Below are positions 38,001 through 47,092 of a DNA stretch of 64,000 bases, piece after piece; the stretch's first letter is position 1, and each line of letters begins with the position of its first letter. A program made the translations under genes and the position numbers. The notes below the pieces were generated by a model. It made no database searches and had not been told where the DNA came from. It saw only the letters and a program-made list of their open reading frames with translations. Source of the DNA: Pseudomonadota bacterium (lineage in GTDB: Bacteria > Desulfobacterota > Binatia > Binatales > Binataceae); NCBI GenBank assembly GCA_021325025.1, contig JAJPHZ010000007.1:190-64189 (forward strand), written 5' to 3'.

Positions 38001-38602
38001 AGGTAGCGGTGCCGATAGGCCTCGAACAGCAGGTTTTCCAGGGTGTCGGCGGTGTCGCCCTTGTCCGTATCCGACCCCATCAGGCGCTTTTCCAGCAGCC
38101 GTTTCGGCGTCACGTTGACCGCCAGGTTGGTGCGCAATTCGGCGCGAAAGGCGCGATGGAACGCGGCGCGGCCGTCGGTCAGTTGCAGGTCGAGCAAGGC
38201 GCCGCTTTGAAAGGCGAAGTCGGTCAGGACGCGATGGCAGAAGCCGTGAATCGTGAATATCGGCGCACGGTCGAAAGAATAATAAGCATCTTCCAGCCGC
38301 CGACGGCCGCTTTCGTCGACCATAACGGGCTCGGAATCGGCGGCGGGCTTTGGAGCGGCGGGGCCGAACACAATCCGAGCCAGCGCCTGACGTATGCGCA
38401 CGCGCAACTCGGTGGTGGCTTTTTCGGTAAAGGTAACCACCAAGATCTGCTCGACGGTGCATTCTCCCGACAGCAGCAAGTCGATCACCAGGTGCTCGAT
38501 TGCGAAAGTCTTGCCGGTTCCGGCGCTGGCCTCTATAACCGCACAAGCGCTGTGCGCGATGCCGTTGAGTATCGAAGGGCGATAGAAAGTTGCCGTGCCC
38601 AT
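35072..38602 (-). CDS. recB: Exodeoxyribonuclease V subunit beta (RecB)
   Basis: EASAGTGKT, TFTEKAT.EL, DEFQDTD, VGDPKQAIYAFRGAD, KGLE, RLLYVALTRA; nuclease GFVD..FADWKS..Q..IY. Confidence 0.95.
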   Translation of the reverse strand: MGTATFYRPSILNGIAHSACAVIEASAGTGKTFAIEHLVIDLLLSGECTVEQILVVTFTEKATTELRVRIRQALARIVFGPAAPKPAADSEPVMVDESGRRRLEDAYYSFDRAPIFTIHGFCHRVLTDFAFQSGALLDLQLTDGRAAFHRAFRAELRTNLAVNVTPKRLLEKRLMGSDTDKGDTADTLENLLFEAYRHRYLDSCDFGERVRTAERLLAGFNAQTLREACRHSALRPEPLRRVLKLVDDVQGSIEESGGSPERLLDLLESIKFDALFGGDRGLKRELKFSGAAGRLMSTLVEVSVAATSPEWRVVDAFLPPIRDRLERDKREHGLIDYDDMLAWVWRALDGPGGPALAAALRARFRCALVDEFQDTDDLQWRIFRRLFVECGGARLYVVGDPKQAIYAFRGADVFTYLKARAELTGGNPPVELADNFRSTEDLIKACNHIFDPNAANPLFQNSRIRYDRPVRCGRPDRRAIDAGAKPITPVILMRYQRADLQKASVPEIRRAIGRHLARELRRLLDEPGERITIEEDGAPPRLVGAKGIFVLTRTRQESAEIGEYLREARVPFAFYKQEGLFQTSEAGHVLDVLRAIAQPHIRSHRLKAWLSPFFAVPLREVALLGDIQPAHPLNERLYEWKALAERQRFAELFQHLLHDSGVAARELFLSGSERRLTNYEHIFEILLAAAMGRRLALPEIIALLEDYISERAAPELEDSNIQRLESERDAVSVITVHMSKGLEADVVALFGGFGRIPDIRKLAVYHDEDGNRRFAIGKAAKDRARQALKSEEEDEERRLLYVALTRARVRLYLPLLPDGATNRLNGYYAALNNRLQTVAHDAKDGQLSKLFTIHNVAEPVEVTTGDAELADRLLRWRPPQALMDDRKDAEHEAALWNLRRLRTPLVMRSYTSLRASGAEEAGWNIPVEEFKGDLEMPPDERDLPGGRAVGLFLHEVIEKVAMDSFAAAPDLGCWRERDDVKGLFYGAMRRNQVRDQQAWFERGTQIVFNALAAPIVISEHNRIGPLYRCRSVREMEFVYPIPEAGHRMLGSSAGGKWTVERGYLKGFVDFVFEHNGLIYFADWKSDQLPSYERAPIEAHVRNHYQTQALIYSIGVLRLLHINSEQDYRRFGGLLYIFLRGMDGGGRTGVYFHRPAWTEVCTYEAALMRLESEAAAR

Positions 38603-38618
38603 CGCGCAGCCTCTCGCC

Positions 38619-41600
38619 TCAGGGGCGGAAAATACCCTCGATCGGTCCGAAGCGCCGCTCGATGATCGCGATCACCTCGTGTGGCGGCGGCGGCAGGTAG
38701 TCGCGCGCGTTGCGGATCGGCCCGTAATCGGAGCGGCAGCGGGCGAATTCGTTTTCACGCACAGGTTCGATGATGTCCCTGATTCTGGCCGCATCCGGCC
38801 ATCTTCCGCCCTTCTTCTCTTTGACAATTTTCTCTACAACTTCGATGGGAAGGAAATAATGATTCTGCGCGGAGAAGATGTCCCGCGCGAGCGTGGCCAG
38901 ATATGCGCGCGCCGTTTCCGGTGAGGGCACCGCGACGGTCCTGGCAAGGCCTTCGACCTCGGCGGCATCCTCGCCCGCGCCAACCGCAATCGCGGTAAAC
39001 AGCTTGTCCGGATTTCCGCCCGCCGCCGCCAACGCCATTGCGCCCAGAACGCCGGACAGGAAATCGCTGGCCCGCGCGCCGCTGTTGCGCGCGATGCAAT
39101 TGAGCGAGCGGCTGCGGTCCGGGGACACCGTGACGATACCGCGCAGGTTGATACGCAGCGCGGCATCGGTACCCGCACGCGGCACGCTCACGTCGAGCAC
39201 TATTGCTGGCAAAATCAGGTCGGGCTCGGCGATTTCCTCCGCCGCGCCGCCAATTCTAATGCGCTGCCATCCGGTCAAAGTCGCGACTCCCAGCTTGCGC
39301 GCCTGCTCGACGCACAGTTCCAGCCGGCGCGCAAAGGCCGTTTCCTCCACCTCGGCGAACGGCCCCACCGGTGCCTTGCCGGCCAACTGATGGCGCCGCA
39401 GGGCCCGCCGGAAATGAGCTTGAGCCGCGGCCGCGTCGCCGCGCCCGGCCCAAAAGGCGTCGCGCAGCAGGACGACGTGATCGAGAAAGGTCTGGCTCAG
39501 CGGTTCATTTTCCGTGTCCTCTTCGTCGCCGCCGTCCTCGTCCACCATCCCCAACGCGTATTGCGCCGCCCCCTGGAGCGGGCACTCGAGGTAGCGCCGC
39601 AGCGCCGCCAGCGAAAGATGTATCTCGCGCGGCTCCTCAGTTGCGGGGTCGGCTGCGGGCGGCGGTTGCACGATGTGCAGCGCGGGCGCCAGTTGCGCTT
39701 GCACCTGCGGCGCCAGCATCTCCAGCAGCGGCGCGTCGCGCGGCGGCGCACCGCATTTGTCCTCCAAATCGGCGCGCAGCGCGGCCATTCGCGCCGTCCA
39801 TCGCGCGTTGGGATCGAAGTTGACCAGGCGGGCGTCCGCCGCGGCGCCGTTAAGGTCGGGAAAATATTTGGGATCGTGGCTGCTGGCGGGATGATCGATG
39901 GTCAGGTTTTCTATCTCCGCCTGATCGAGGTAGTGCCCGATAATCATTCTCAGTTCGCCGATTGCGGGCGACGGCTCGATCCGCTCGCCGCTCAGCGCGT
40001 CGCGTGACACCCAGGAAAAGCAGATGCGCTCGCGCGCGGCCAGCAGCATCTCCAAAAACAGGTAGCGGTCGCGTTGGCTGGGGCTGACGTCGCCGGCGCG
40101 CCGGCCAGCCGTGCGCAGGTCGAGCAGGTCGTGGCGGTCGCGCTGGGGAAAAATCGTCTCGCCCAATCCCAGCGCGAAGATGGCCTGAAATGGAATCGAA
40201 CGCAGGGCCGAAAACGATCCGACCGCGACGCCGCCCTCGGCATAGAGCCCCTGCTCGGATTGGGCCGCCGCAATCCGTTCCATGGCGCGGGCGCAGGCGA
40301 CCCGATATGAGACCGGCTCGCCGCGCAATCCCTGCGGCACCATCGATTCGATCGCATTTGCACACCACGCCGCGACGGCGCGCCCCGCCGGCTCGGTCGG
40401 ATTGACGTAAGTCCGGATCAGATCGCCCAGCAGGTGCGCCCACGCCGCCATCGGCAGCCGCCGCTCGCGCAGGTCGAGCGCGTCGGCGAGCAGGCGGCGC
40501 ACATTTGCGATCAGAGCCGCGATGGCGGCAAGGTCGTCCGGTTCGGATGCGCACGGCAGATACTCGCGCTGCTGCGGCCCCGTCACAACCGGCGCTTGTT
40601 CCTGCGGCTGGTCGCCGATGAAGACTCCCAGCGCAAGGCGCCGCAGGGCCTGATCCCAATGGAAGTAATTGGCCGGTATGTAGGTGCCCTTGAAGTCAGT
40701 TTCGTCGGCGCCGAAGAACACGCCGGCCGACCGGCACCATTGCTCCCACTGCGCGGCGTCCACAGCAGCATCGCCGATGATCGCCGGATGGGTTGCCAGA
40801 TGGAGCACTGCGTCGCGATGGAAATGGCCGTTGGGCAGGTCCAACAGCAGTTGAATGGCTTCGAGGACGCGCGCCTCGGCGCTCACGGGGCGATCGACCA
40901 TGTTGAGCGGAATGCGGTAGCGCTGCGCGAAGACGGTCTCGACATGCGGCAGGTAGGCGTCGAGTTCGGAGTCCGGAATCAGCACGGCGATTTGATGCAA
41001 GCGCAGCGGCGCGGCGCGTTTGTCCTCGCGCAGCAGCGACCAGATCGAATCGGCGACAATCTCGACTTCGCGCCGGATTCCCGGACAGCCGAGGAAGCGG
41101 ATGCTGCCATCGTTCGCCGCGCCGCCTTGCGCCGATCCCCCAGGGGCGTGCGGCTGGCGGCACAGGATGTCTTCCTGGATCTGGGCAAGCAGCGTGGCCC
41201 GTTCGCCCTGGCGCACCGGATGTTTGAAGTGGGCGTCGAAGTCGCAGTCGGTCAGTTCGTTGAGCAGGCGGATGTATTCGCGGCCGGGTTTGCCCCACAG
41301 GCGCAGCGCCGGGTTGTCGTCGGGCGCGTCGAGGCCGAACGGATCCTCGACCGCGTCCAGCGCGGCGCCCAGCTTGTGGCCGCGGCGAAGCAGGCGGTCG
41401 CGCGCGCCGCGATACGAACTGTCCACGTCTTCCCAGAATTCCATGCACGGATTAAGCGTGTAAATGTGCAGATCGGCAATTTTGCCAATCTGTGCAAAGA
41501 CGCGGATGAATTCGGGGCCGGCGTAGGAAAGCCCAAACACGTGCAGCGGCGCTGCGATCGCTGACGCGAGCCGCTGCGGCGCCAGCGCCGCCAGCGCGGC

Positions 41601-42203
41601 GCTGGGCAAAAAGTACCGCGAGCGATCATCCTCGAACCATCGCGCCATCAGCCGCCCGTCGGGACCGAACAGGGACAGGTAGAGATGGCGCTGCCAGCGT
41701 TCCGCCGCGCGCATCGAATCCAGCCCGGGCATCGTCCCGGTGTGCCATCGCGCCAGCATCTCGGCGCGCGAAATCGCATACTCCCGGAACAGATGCGCGA
41801 TGCGCGCGCTCAACTCGAACAGGCGTAGTTCACGGTCCGCGCCGGTGCCCGAGCCTGCCGACGCGTATTCGGCCACCGCGCGCAGATTGGCGTCGCCGCG
41901 CTCAACGCCGGCGCGCAGGCATTCGAAAATCACCAGTTCCAGGTCGTCCGCTTCAATCATTGCCGCGGACGGATCGGCCGCCGCGACGACGCGGGCCAGA
42001 TAGCGGCGCAGAAAAGGGAATTCGAGGTTTGCCGCCACCCCGTTGATTTGGGCCAGGCGCAGCTTGAGGAACTCCTCGATAATCCGGTTGGGTACGACGA
42101 CCACCGGCCGCGCCAGCGGGTCGGCGCGCTGCTGGGCGCTGAGCGCCGCGGCGAGCGGCGCGATCAACTCCTCGAGGCGGTTGGAATAGTGCAGATGGAT
42201 CAT
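38619..42203 (-). CDS. recC: Exodeoxyribonuclease V subunit gamma (RecC)
   Basis: YSNRLEEL, LNPCMEFWED, LRLWGKPGRE, RREVEI, RSIPF, DRYLFLE.LL.AR. Confidence 0.94.
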   Translation of the reverse strand: MIHLHYSNRLEELIAPLAAALSAQQRADPLARPVVVVPNRIIEEFLKLRLAQINGVAANLEFPFLRRYLARVVAAADPSAAMIEADDLELVIFECLRAGVERGDANLRAVAEYASAGSGTGADRELRLFELSARIAHLFREYAISRAEMLARWHTGTMPGLDSMRAAERWQRHLYLSLFGPDGRLMARWFEDDRSRYFLPSAALAALAPQRLASAIAAPLHVFGLSYAGPEFIRVFAQIGKIADLHIYTLNPCMEFWEDVDSSYRGARDRLLRRGHKLGAALDAVEDPFGLDAPDDNPALRLWGKPGREYIRLLNELTDCDFDAHFKHPVRQGERATLLAQIQEDILCRQPHAPGGSAQGGAANDGSIRFLGCPGIRREVEIVADSIWSLLREDKRAAPLRLHQIAVLIPDSELDAYLPHVETVFAQRYRIPLNMVDRPVSAEARVLEAIQLLLDLPNGHFHRDAVLHLATHPAIIGDAAVDAAQWEQWCRSAGVFFGADETDFKGTYIPANYFHWDQALRRLALGVFIGDQPQEQAPVVTGPQQREYLPCASEPDDLAAIAALIANVRRLLADALDLRERRLPMAAWAHLLGDLIRTYVNPTEPAGRAVAAWCANAIESMVPQGLRGEPVSYRVACARAMERIAAAQSEQGLYAEGGVAVGSFSALRSIPFQAIFALGLGETIFPQRDRHDLLDLRTAGRRAGDVSPSQRDRYLFLEMLLAARERICFSWVSRDALSGERIEPSPAIGELRMIIGHYLDQAEIENLTIDHPASSHDPKYFPDLNGAAADARLVNFDPNARWTARMAALRADLEDKCGAPPRDAPLLEMLAPQVQAQLAPALHIVQPPPAADPATEEPREIHLSLAALRRYLECPLQGAAQYALGMVDEDGGDEEDTENEPLSQTFLDHVVLLRDAFWAGRGDAAAAQAHFRRALRRHQLAGKAPVGPFAEVEETAFARRLELCVEQARKLGVATLTGWQRIRIGGAAEEIAEPDLILPAIVLDVSVPRAGTDAALRINLRGIVTVSPDRSRSLNCIARNSGARASDFLSGVLGAMALAAAGGNPDKLFTAIAVGAGEDAAEVEGLARTVAVPSPETARAYLATLARDIFSAQNHYFLPIEVVEKIVKEKKGGRWPDAARIRDIIEPVRENEFARCRSDYGPIRNARDYLPPPPHEVIAIIERRFGPIEGIFRP

Positions 42204-42466
42204 GCCACCTGCTCAGATTACACCCGTCAATGGAACACCATAAAGCCGCAAATCGCAGTTTGCCCACAACGACATGTTCAACTTGTACCAGGGTGCGCTG
42301 ACAGCCGTTGTCAGCGCAGCGCGCGCCGGGTGCAGTTTGTTTGGGCGATGGAACAGTGCTATCCAAGCACAGGCGCGCAGGCGAGCCTGGGTGGTTTTGC
42401 GCCGGGAGGCTTGGACCTCGATGGCTCGCGCGCAGGCAGGGCCGGCCCAAGCAAGGAGCGTGTTCG

Positions 42467-43255
42467 ATGGCATCTGAATGGCGACAGGAAAAGGTCCACG
42501 TGGCGGGCGCGGACCTGCAGTTTATAAAGGGTGGTCAGGGCAAACCGCTGTTGGTGTTGCATGAGGAATTGGGCCATCCGGGATGGCTGCGATGGCATTC
42601 GGAGTTGGCGCGTGAGCGTGAGCTGCTGATCCCCATCCAGCCCGGCTTTTACGGCACCGAGCGGATTGAATGGATCGCCAACATGCGCGATTTGGCGGGC
42701 TTTTACGGACGCCTGGTGCGCGAGTTGAAGCTGACGCCGGTGGACGTGATCGGATTTTCCACCGGCGGCTGGATCGCGGCGGAGATGGCGGCGCAGAACT
42801 TTCAGCAGTTCAACCGCATGGTGCTGGTGGCGCCGGCCGGCATTCGGCCGCCCAGCGGCGAAATCATGGACATCTTCACCGTCACCGCGCGCGCCTATTT
42901 AGCCTCCACCGTGCTGGACCGCGACAATGCGCCCGAACTGGCCAGGCTTTACGGCGGCGAGCGCACGCCCGAGCAATTCGAGGCCTTTGAAGACGCGCGC
43001 TCGGAAATCGCGCGCCTGGCATGGGAGCCTTATCTGTTCAGTCCCAGTCTGCCCAAACTGCTCGAGGGCGTAGCTGGGCTGCCCACCCTGATCATCTGGG
43101 GAAGGCAGGATCCGGTCATCCCGCTCAGTGCGGGCGAGGTGTACAACAAGTCGATCGCGGGGTCGCGCCTGGCGGTGCTCGATCGCTGCGGCCATCGGCC
43201 GGAGATTGAAAAAACCGAGGAATTTGTGAAACTGCTGCGCGATTTTCTCCGCTAA
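42467..43255 (+). CDS. Alpha/beta fold hydrolase (paralog of 13241..14035)
   Basis: AAGGAG RBS; LLVLHEELGHPGWL, GFSTGG, IWGRQD, CGHRPEIE. Confidence 0.88.
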   Translation: MASEWRQEKVHVAGADLQFIKGGQGKPLLVLHEELGHPGWLRWHSELARERELLIPIQPGFYGTERIEWIANMRDLAGFYGRLVRELKLTPVDVIGFSTGGWIAAEMAAQNFQQFNRMVLVAPAGIRPPSGEIMDIFTVTARAYLASTVLDRDNAPELARLYGGERTPEQFEAFEDARSEIARLAWEPYLFSPSLPKLLEGVAGLPTLIIWGRQDPVIPLSAGEVYNKSIAGSRLAVLDRCGHRPEIEKTEEFVKLLRDFLR

Positions 43256-43317
43256 TCCGTTTTTTTCGCTGTTTCGGCCGCCGCCGGCCGTGCTATTGCT
43301 GTGAGGGGGAGGACATC

Positions 43318-43521
43318 ATGGCGCGATGCATCATGGTATTCAGGCGCGGCGGCCGATACCATCGAATCCCCGAAACCGAAGTCGAAGACTGGCAGGAAGT
43401 GCTCGACGCCATCGACGGCGAGCCCGAGCTCATCGAGCGCGTTTCGGGATGGGAGCCGTACACCCACGCTTACCGTCTGCCTGACGCGTCGGTGTATCTG
43501 GTCGAGATGGAAAACGAATAG
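43318..43521 (+). CDS. Small acidic hypothetical protein
   Basis: GGAGG RBS before ATG, genome-typical codon usage, fills gap between genes. Confidence 0.65.
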   Translation: MARCIMVFRRGGRYHRIPETEVEDWQEVLDAIDGEPELIERVSGWEPYTHAYRLPDASVYLVEMENE

Positions 43522-43533
43522 TTTGGCCGCGCG

Positions 43534-44307
43534 TCATTCCTCGAGAATCAAGGGCACCGGCTCGGCCGTGTTTTGCCCGCCGTCCACCACCATCGTCGCG
43601 CCCGATATCCACTGGGCTTCATCGCTGGCCAAAAACAGCGCCATCGCGGCAATATCCTCCGGGGCGCCGGCCTTGGGAATCGCCTGAGCCCTGGCGAAGG
43701 CGGCCTCGGCGTCGGGAATTGTGCTGCGGGAAGCCGGCGTCGCGATCAGGCCGGGTGAAATGCAATTGACGCGGATGAAGTCCTTGCCCACCAGGCGCGC
43801 CACCGACGCGGTCAGGTTGATGACCCCGGCCTTGGCGGCGCTGTAAGCGTGCAACGGCGGCATCCCGCGCAGGCCGGCGTTGGAGGCGATGGAAATGATC
43901 GAGCCGCCGCCCGCCTTGCGCATCTCGGGAATCGCCAGCCGCATGCCGATGAAGACGCTGCGCAGGGTCAGGGCGAAGGTCCGGTCCCAGTCCTCCAGCG
44001 TGGTCTGTTCGAAGGTCCGCCATGGTCCGCCGCCGGCGTTGTTGACCAGGATGTTGAGGCGGCCGAAATCCTTGACCGTCCGGTCCACTACCTCTTTAAG
44101 GTCGCGCTCGGCGGTGACGTCAACGCGATGGAAGACGGCGCGGCCCGCACCCTGGCTGAATTCGCGTGCGGCTTGCGCGCCCGCGCTCTCGTTGATGTCC
44201 GCGATAACCACCGCGGCGCCTTCGTCGGTAAAGCGCCGGGCGATGGCGCGTCCGATGCCGCTGGCGGCGCCGGTTACGATCGCAACCTTTGCGTCAAGTC
44301 TGCCCAT
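43534..44307 (-). CDS. SDR family oxidoreductase
   Basis: TGAASGIG, NNAG, YSAAK, IRVNCISPG, VDGG. Confidence 0.93.
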   Translation of the reverse strand: MGRLDAKVAIVTGAASGIGRAIARRFTDEGAAVVIADINESAGAQAAREFSQGAGRAVFHRVDVTAERDLKEVVDRTVKDFGRLNILVNNAGGGPWRTFEQTTLEDWDRTFALTLRSVFIGMRLAIPEMRKAGGGSIISIASNAGLRGMPPLHAYSAAKAGVINLTASVARLVGKDFIRVNCISPGLIATPASRSTIPDAEAAFARAQAIPKAGAPEDIAAMALFLASDEAQWISGATMVVDGGQNTAEPVPLILEE

Positions 44308-44502
44308 TTCTGAATCTCCCCTGGAGTTGGAGGCAATAGTAGTGGCGCAGCGGCGCGAGCGCAAAAGCGCCGCGCTGCAGTCGAAGCCGGGGGTTTGATT
44401 TCAACCCGCGTTAGTTCAACAATCGCCTCTCGCCGCACGTGCGTTTGAGCGATGCGATGCGGCAAAAACGACCATGGCGGCAGCGCCAGTAGGAGGAAAG
44501 CC

Positions 44503-45291
44503 ATGCCAGGAGGACTCAGCAACCCGCACGTCAAGTTCGAGGATTACAAGAATCGCTATCGAAACATCAAGTTGGAGCGCCAAGACGGCATTCTGCTCGT
44601 GACCCTGCATTCCAACGGCGGACCGTTCAAGTTCAGCGCCGAGTTCCATACCGACTCCTGCGACGCGTTTGCCAATATCGGCGCCGATTTCGAGAACCGA
44701 TGCGTGATCATCACCGGTACCGGCGACAGTTTCTGCAACGGCCTGGACTTCAACGCCGACGTCAGCGATCCCGACGTGGTGGCGCGCATCCAGTGGGAAG
44801 GGCGCAAGATGCTGCTCAACCTGATGGATATCGAGGTGCCGGTGATCGGCGCGGTCAACGGGCCGGCGATCATCCATGCCGAGATGGGCGTAATGCATGA
44901 CATCGTGATTTGCACCGAGGACACCGTCTTCGCCGACATGCCGCACTTCCCCGGCGGGGTCGTCCCCGGCGACGGCGTCCACGTTATCTGGCAGCACATC
45001 CTGGGACCGACGCGCGGCCGCTATTTCCTGCTGACCGGCCAGCACATCCCGGCCAAGGAAGCCAAGGAGGTCGGCATCGTCAACGAGGTCGTGCCGCGGG
45101 CCAAGCTGATGGATCGCGCCTGGGAACTGGCGCGGATGATCACCGAGCGGCCCAATCTGGTCACACGCTACTCGCGCCTGGTCCTGACCCGCAACTACCG
45201 CAAGCTGCTCGAAGCGGAAACCGGCTACGGGCTGGCGTTGGAGCTTTTCGCCTCCAGCGTCCGGGTCAGGGAGATGATGGGACAACGGTAA
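44503..45291 (+). CDS. Crotonase-family beta-diketone hydrolase, 6-oxocamphor hydrolase (CamK)-like
   Basis: AGGAGG RBS; NIKLERQDGILLVTLH, AVNGP..IHAE, FADMPHFPGGVVPGDG signature. Confidence 0.8.
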   Translation: MPGGLSNPHVKFEDYKNRYRNIKLERQDGILLVTLHSNGGPFKFSAEFHTDSCDAFANIGADFENRCVIITGTGDSFCNGLDFNADVSDPDVVARIQWEGRKMLLNLMDIEVPVIGAVNGPAIIHAEMGVMHDIVICTEDTVFADMPHFPGGVVPGDGVHVIWQHILGPTRGRYFLLTGQHIPAKEAKEVGIVNEVVPRAKLMDRAWELARMITERPNLVTRYSRLVLTRNYRKLLEAETGYGLALELFASSVRVREMMGQR

Positions 45292-45410
45292 AGCGCGGTT
45301 TGCAATGTGCCGTGCGCATCCGGCCTTCAACAGTGGGGCGGACGAAGCCGTCCGCCCCACGCGCGTCCATCATATCGCGGGCATTGATCCATGCCTGCAC
45401 CAGCCCTTGC

Positions 45411-45875
45411 TCAGGGTTCGACGGTCGCGGGTGACAGTGGCGGTTTGGCGTCGGGCGCCACGATGAATCCCATCGCCTTGAGTTGGGCGGCCAACCGCCG
45501 GCGGGTTTGTGTGACATCGAGCAATTGATGCGTCCGGTATTTGCGGACTTCGGTGGCAGTGTAAGGCTTGAAGTGCGCGGGAAGCTGCGCGCGGCTGAAC
45601 GTCAGCAGCATCCAATTCAATACCGCGGCGATTTCCTGGTCGCTGAGCGCGGCGGCGGCGACGCCCGGCACTTCGACCAGGTAGGCGCGTCCCTCGGGAA
45701 TGCGCACAAAGTAGCCCATCGAGCCGGCCAGCCGCGGCACACTGCCCGCAATCCCTTGTGCGTGCGGCTGATGGCATCCCCAGCAATGGAGCGTGTAGAG
45801 CTGCTCGGGCGGAGCGGCATGTACAGTCGCCGCCGCGCCGAGAACAACGATCGCTGTCCACGTCCGCCATTTCAT
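45411..45875 (-). CDS. Monoheme cytochrome c (amine dehydrogenase-associated)
   Basis: Signal peptide, CWGCH, GRAYLVEVPGV..LSDQEIAAVLNW. Confidence 0.88.
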   Translation of the reverse strand: MKWRTWTAIVVLGAAATVHAAPPEQLYTLHCWGCHQPHAQGIAGSVPRLAGSMGYFVRIPEGRAYLVEVPGVAAAALSDQEIAAVLNWMLLTFSRAQLPAHFKPYTATEVRKYRTHQLLDVTQTRRRLAAQLKAMGFIVAPDAKPPLSPATVEP

Positions 45876-45994
45876 CGAACAACGTAGCTACTACTTCATA
45901 GCGGGCCGCTTCAAGATTCCGCGAACGCGGCGAAACCCCCGCTCTGGCCGGCGCGAAACTCTTTGCTCCGTAGCGCGCCGGCACGTTCGGGTTG

Positions 45995-46546
45995 CTACCG
46001 TGACGCTTGCGACTTGACCGAGATGCCCAGCATCTGTAACTCGCGGTAAACCGCGGTCGAGGTCATCTGGTGGGTGCGATTGCGTCTGACTTCGCGGGCG
46101 GTGAACGGCACGAAGTTTTTGGGCAGAAGGCCGGCGTTGAAGCTGGTGAGGACATGGTTTAGGAGCTGCGCGATCTCGTCGTCGCTCAACTGCGCCCAGG
46201 ATTGCATGACACCGTTGTAAGTCATCCCGCGTACCGTGATGGGACCGATCAGCCCGAATGACAGCACGTGCACCAGATACGCGCGGCCATCTTTGGAATG
46301 TGCGAATTCGCCCACCGAGTCGGCCAGCGGCGGATACATGGCGGGAATCCCACGTCCGTCCGCCTGATGGCAAACTGCGCAGTGCACCGCGAACAACTGC
46401 GCTCCCGACGCGTGGGCGAGGCCGCCCCAGGCTATCGCGCCGGCGGCGGCGGCGATGAAAGCGATTGGCGCAAGCAGGCCGGGCGCCGAAGCCGGCGCTG
46501 CGGGACACGCGGTCGTTGTCACGGGATTTCGGCGCCAACGTTTCAA
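45995..46546 (-). CDS. Monoheme class I cytochrome c
   Basis: Signal peptide, CAVCH, YPPLA, YNGVM (axial Met), LSDDEIA; start uncertain (TTG 46546). Confidence 0.88.
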   Translation of the reverse strand: MKRWRRNPVTTTACPAAPASAPGLLAPIAFIAAAAGAIAWGGLAHASGAQLFAVHCAVCHQADGRGIPAMYPPLADSVGEFAHSKDGRAYLVHVLSFGLIGPITVRGMTYNGVMQSWAQLSDDEIAQLLNHVLTSFNAGLLPKNFVPFTAREVRRNRTHQMTSTAVYRELQMLGISVKSQASR

Positions 46547-46556
46547 ATATCTTCGG

Positions 46557-47063
46557 CTAGCTCTTGAGCGCGAGCTTGACGGCCGTAGTGCAGTTGACGA
46601 CAAAGCTGGAGGTCCCGTAGCACCAGGTCACGCCGTTGTCGAGTTGCGTACGATACAGGGGCAGGTCGCCCTTGTTGTTCTGGCAGAAGCAGCGTCCACA
46701 ATTATCCTTTCCGCAGCAGTCGCGGTAGCCGATTATGTACTCCTTGCCGTCGACCGGATTGCGGCAGGTTCCTACCCACGAGGTGGGCGACATCAGCGTC
46801 CCCGGCGGACACTCGGTGGTGCTGCCGCCGCAGCATCCGCACAACGAACCGTCGAAGCCGCAGTAGCGCCAGTAATCGCAGCTCAGCGGGTCGCCCTCGC
46901 CGGGTGCGGGTTCGGCCGCGTGGGCGCGGGCGGCGACGCGTTCCACCGGCAGCAGCGGCAGCGCGATCGCGCCCAGGATAACTCTGCCGATCAGAGCAAG
47001 CATTCCGCGCCGCGAGGTGCGCATCGCGACCTGGCGTGTGACCCGTTCAACCAGCGCATCCAT
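46557..47063 (-). CDS. mauA: TTQ amine dehydrogenase light (beta) chain, MauA/AauA
   Basis: Tat motif SRRGML; CDYWRYC, SWVGTC (TTQ Trp), YRDCC (catalytic Asp), TWC (second TTQ Trp). Confidence 0.93.
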   Translation of the reverse strand: MDALVERVTRQVAMRTSRRGMLALIGRVILGAIALPLLPVERVAARAHAAEPAPGEGDPLSCDYWRYCGFDGSLCGCCGGSTTECPPGTLMSPTSWVGTCRNPVDGKEYIIGYRDCCGKDNCGRCFCQNNKGDLPLYRTQLDNGVTWCYGTSSFVVNCTTAVKLALKS

Positions 47064-47092
47064 TGCATTCGTCCACCGTCAAACGCTCCCGG

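Noticed and set aside
33027-42203. recCBD as a possible defence helicase-nuclease system
   Set aside because: Motifs and gene order match canonical RecBCD with no accessory defence genes.
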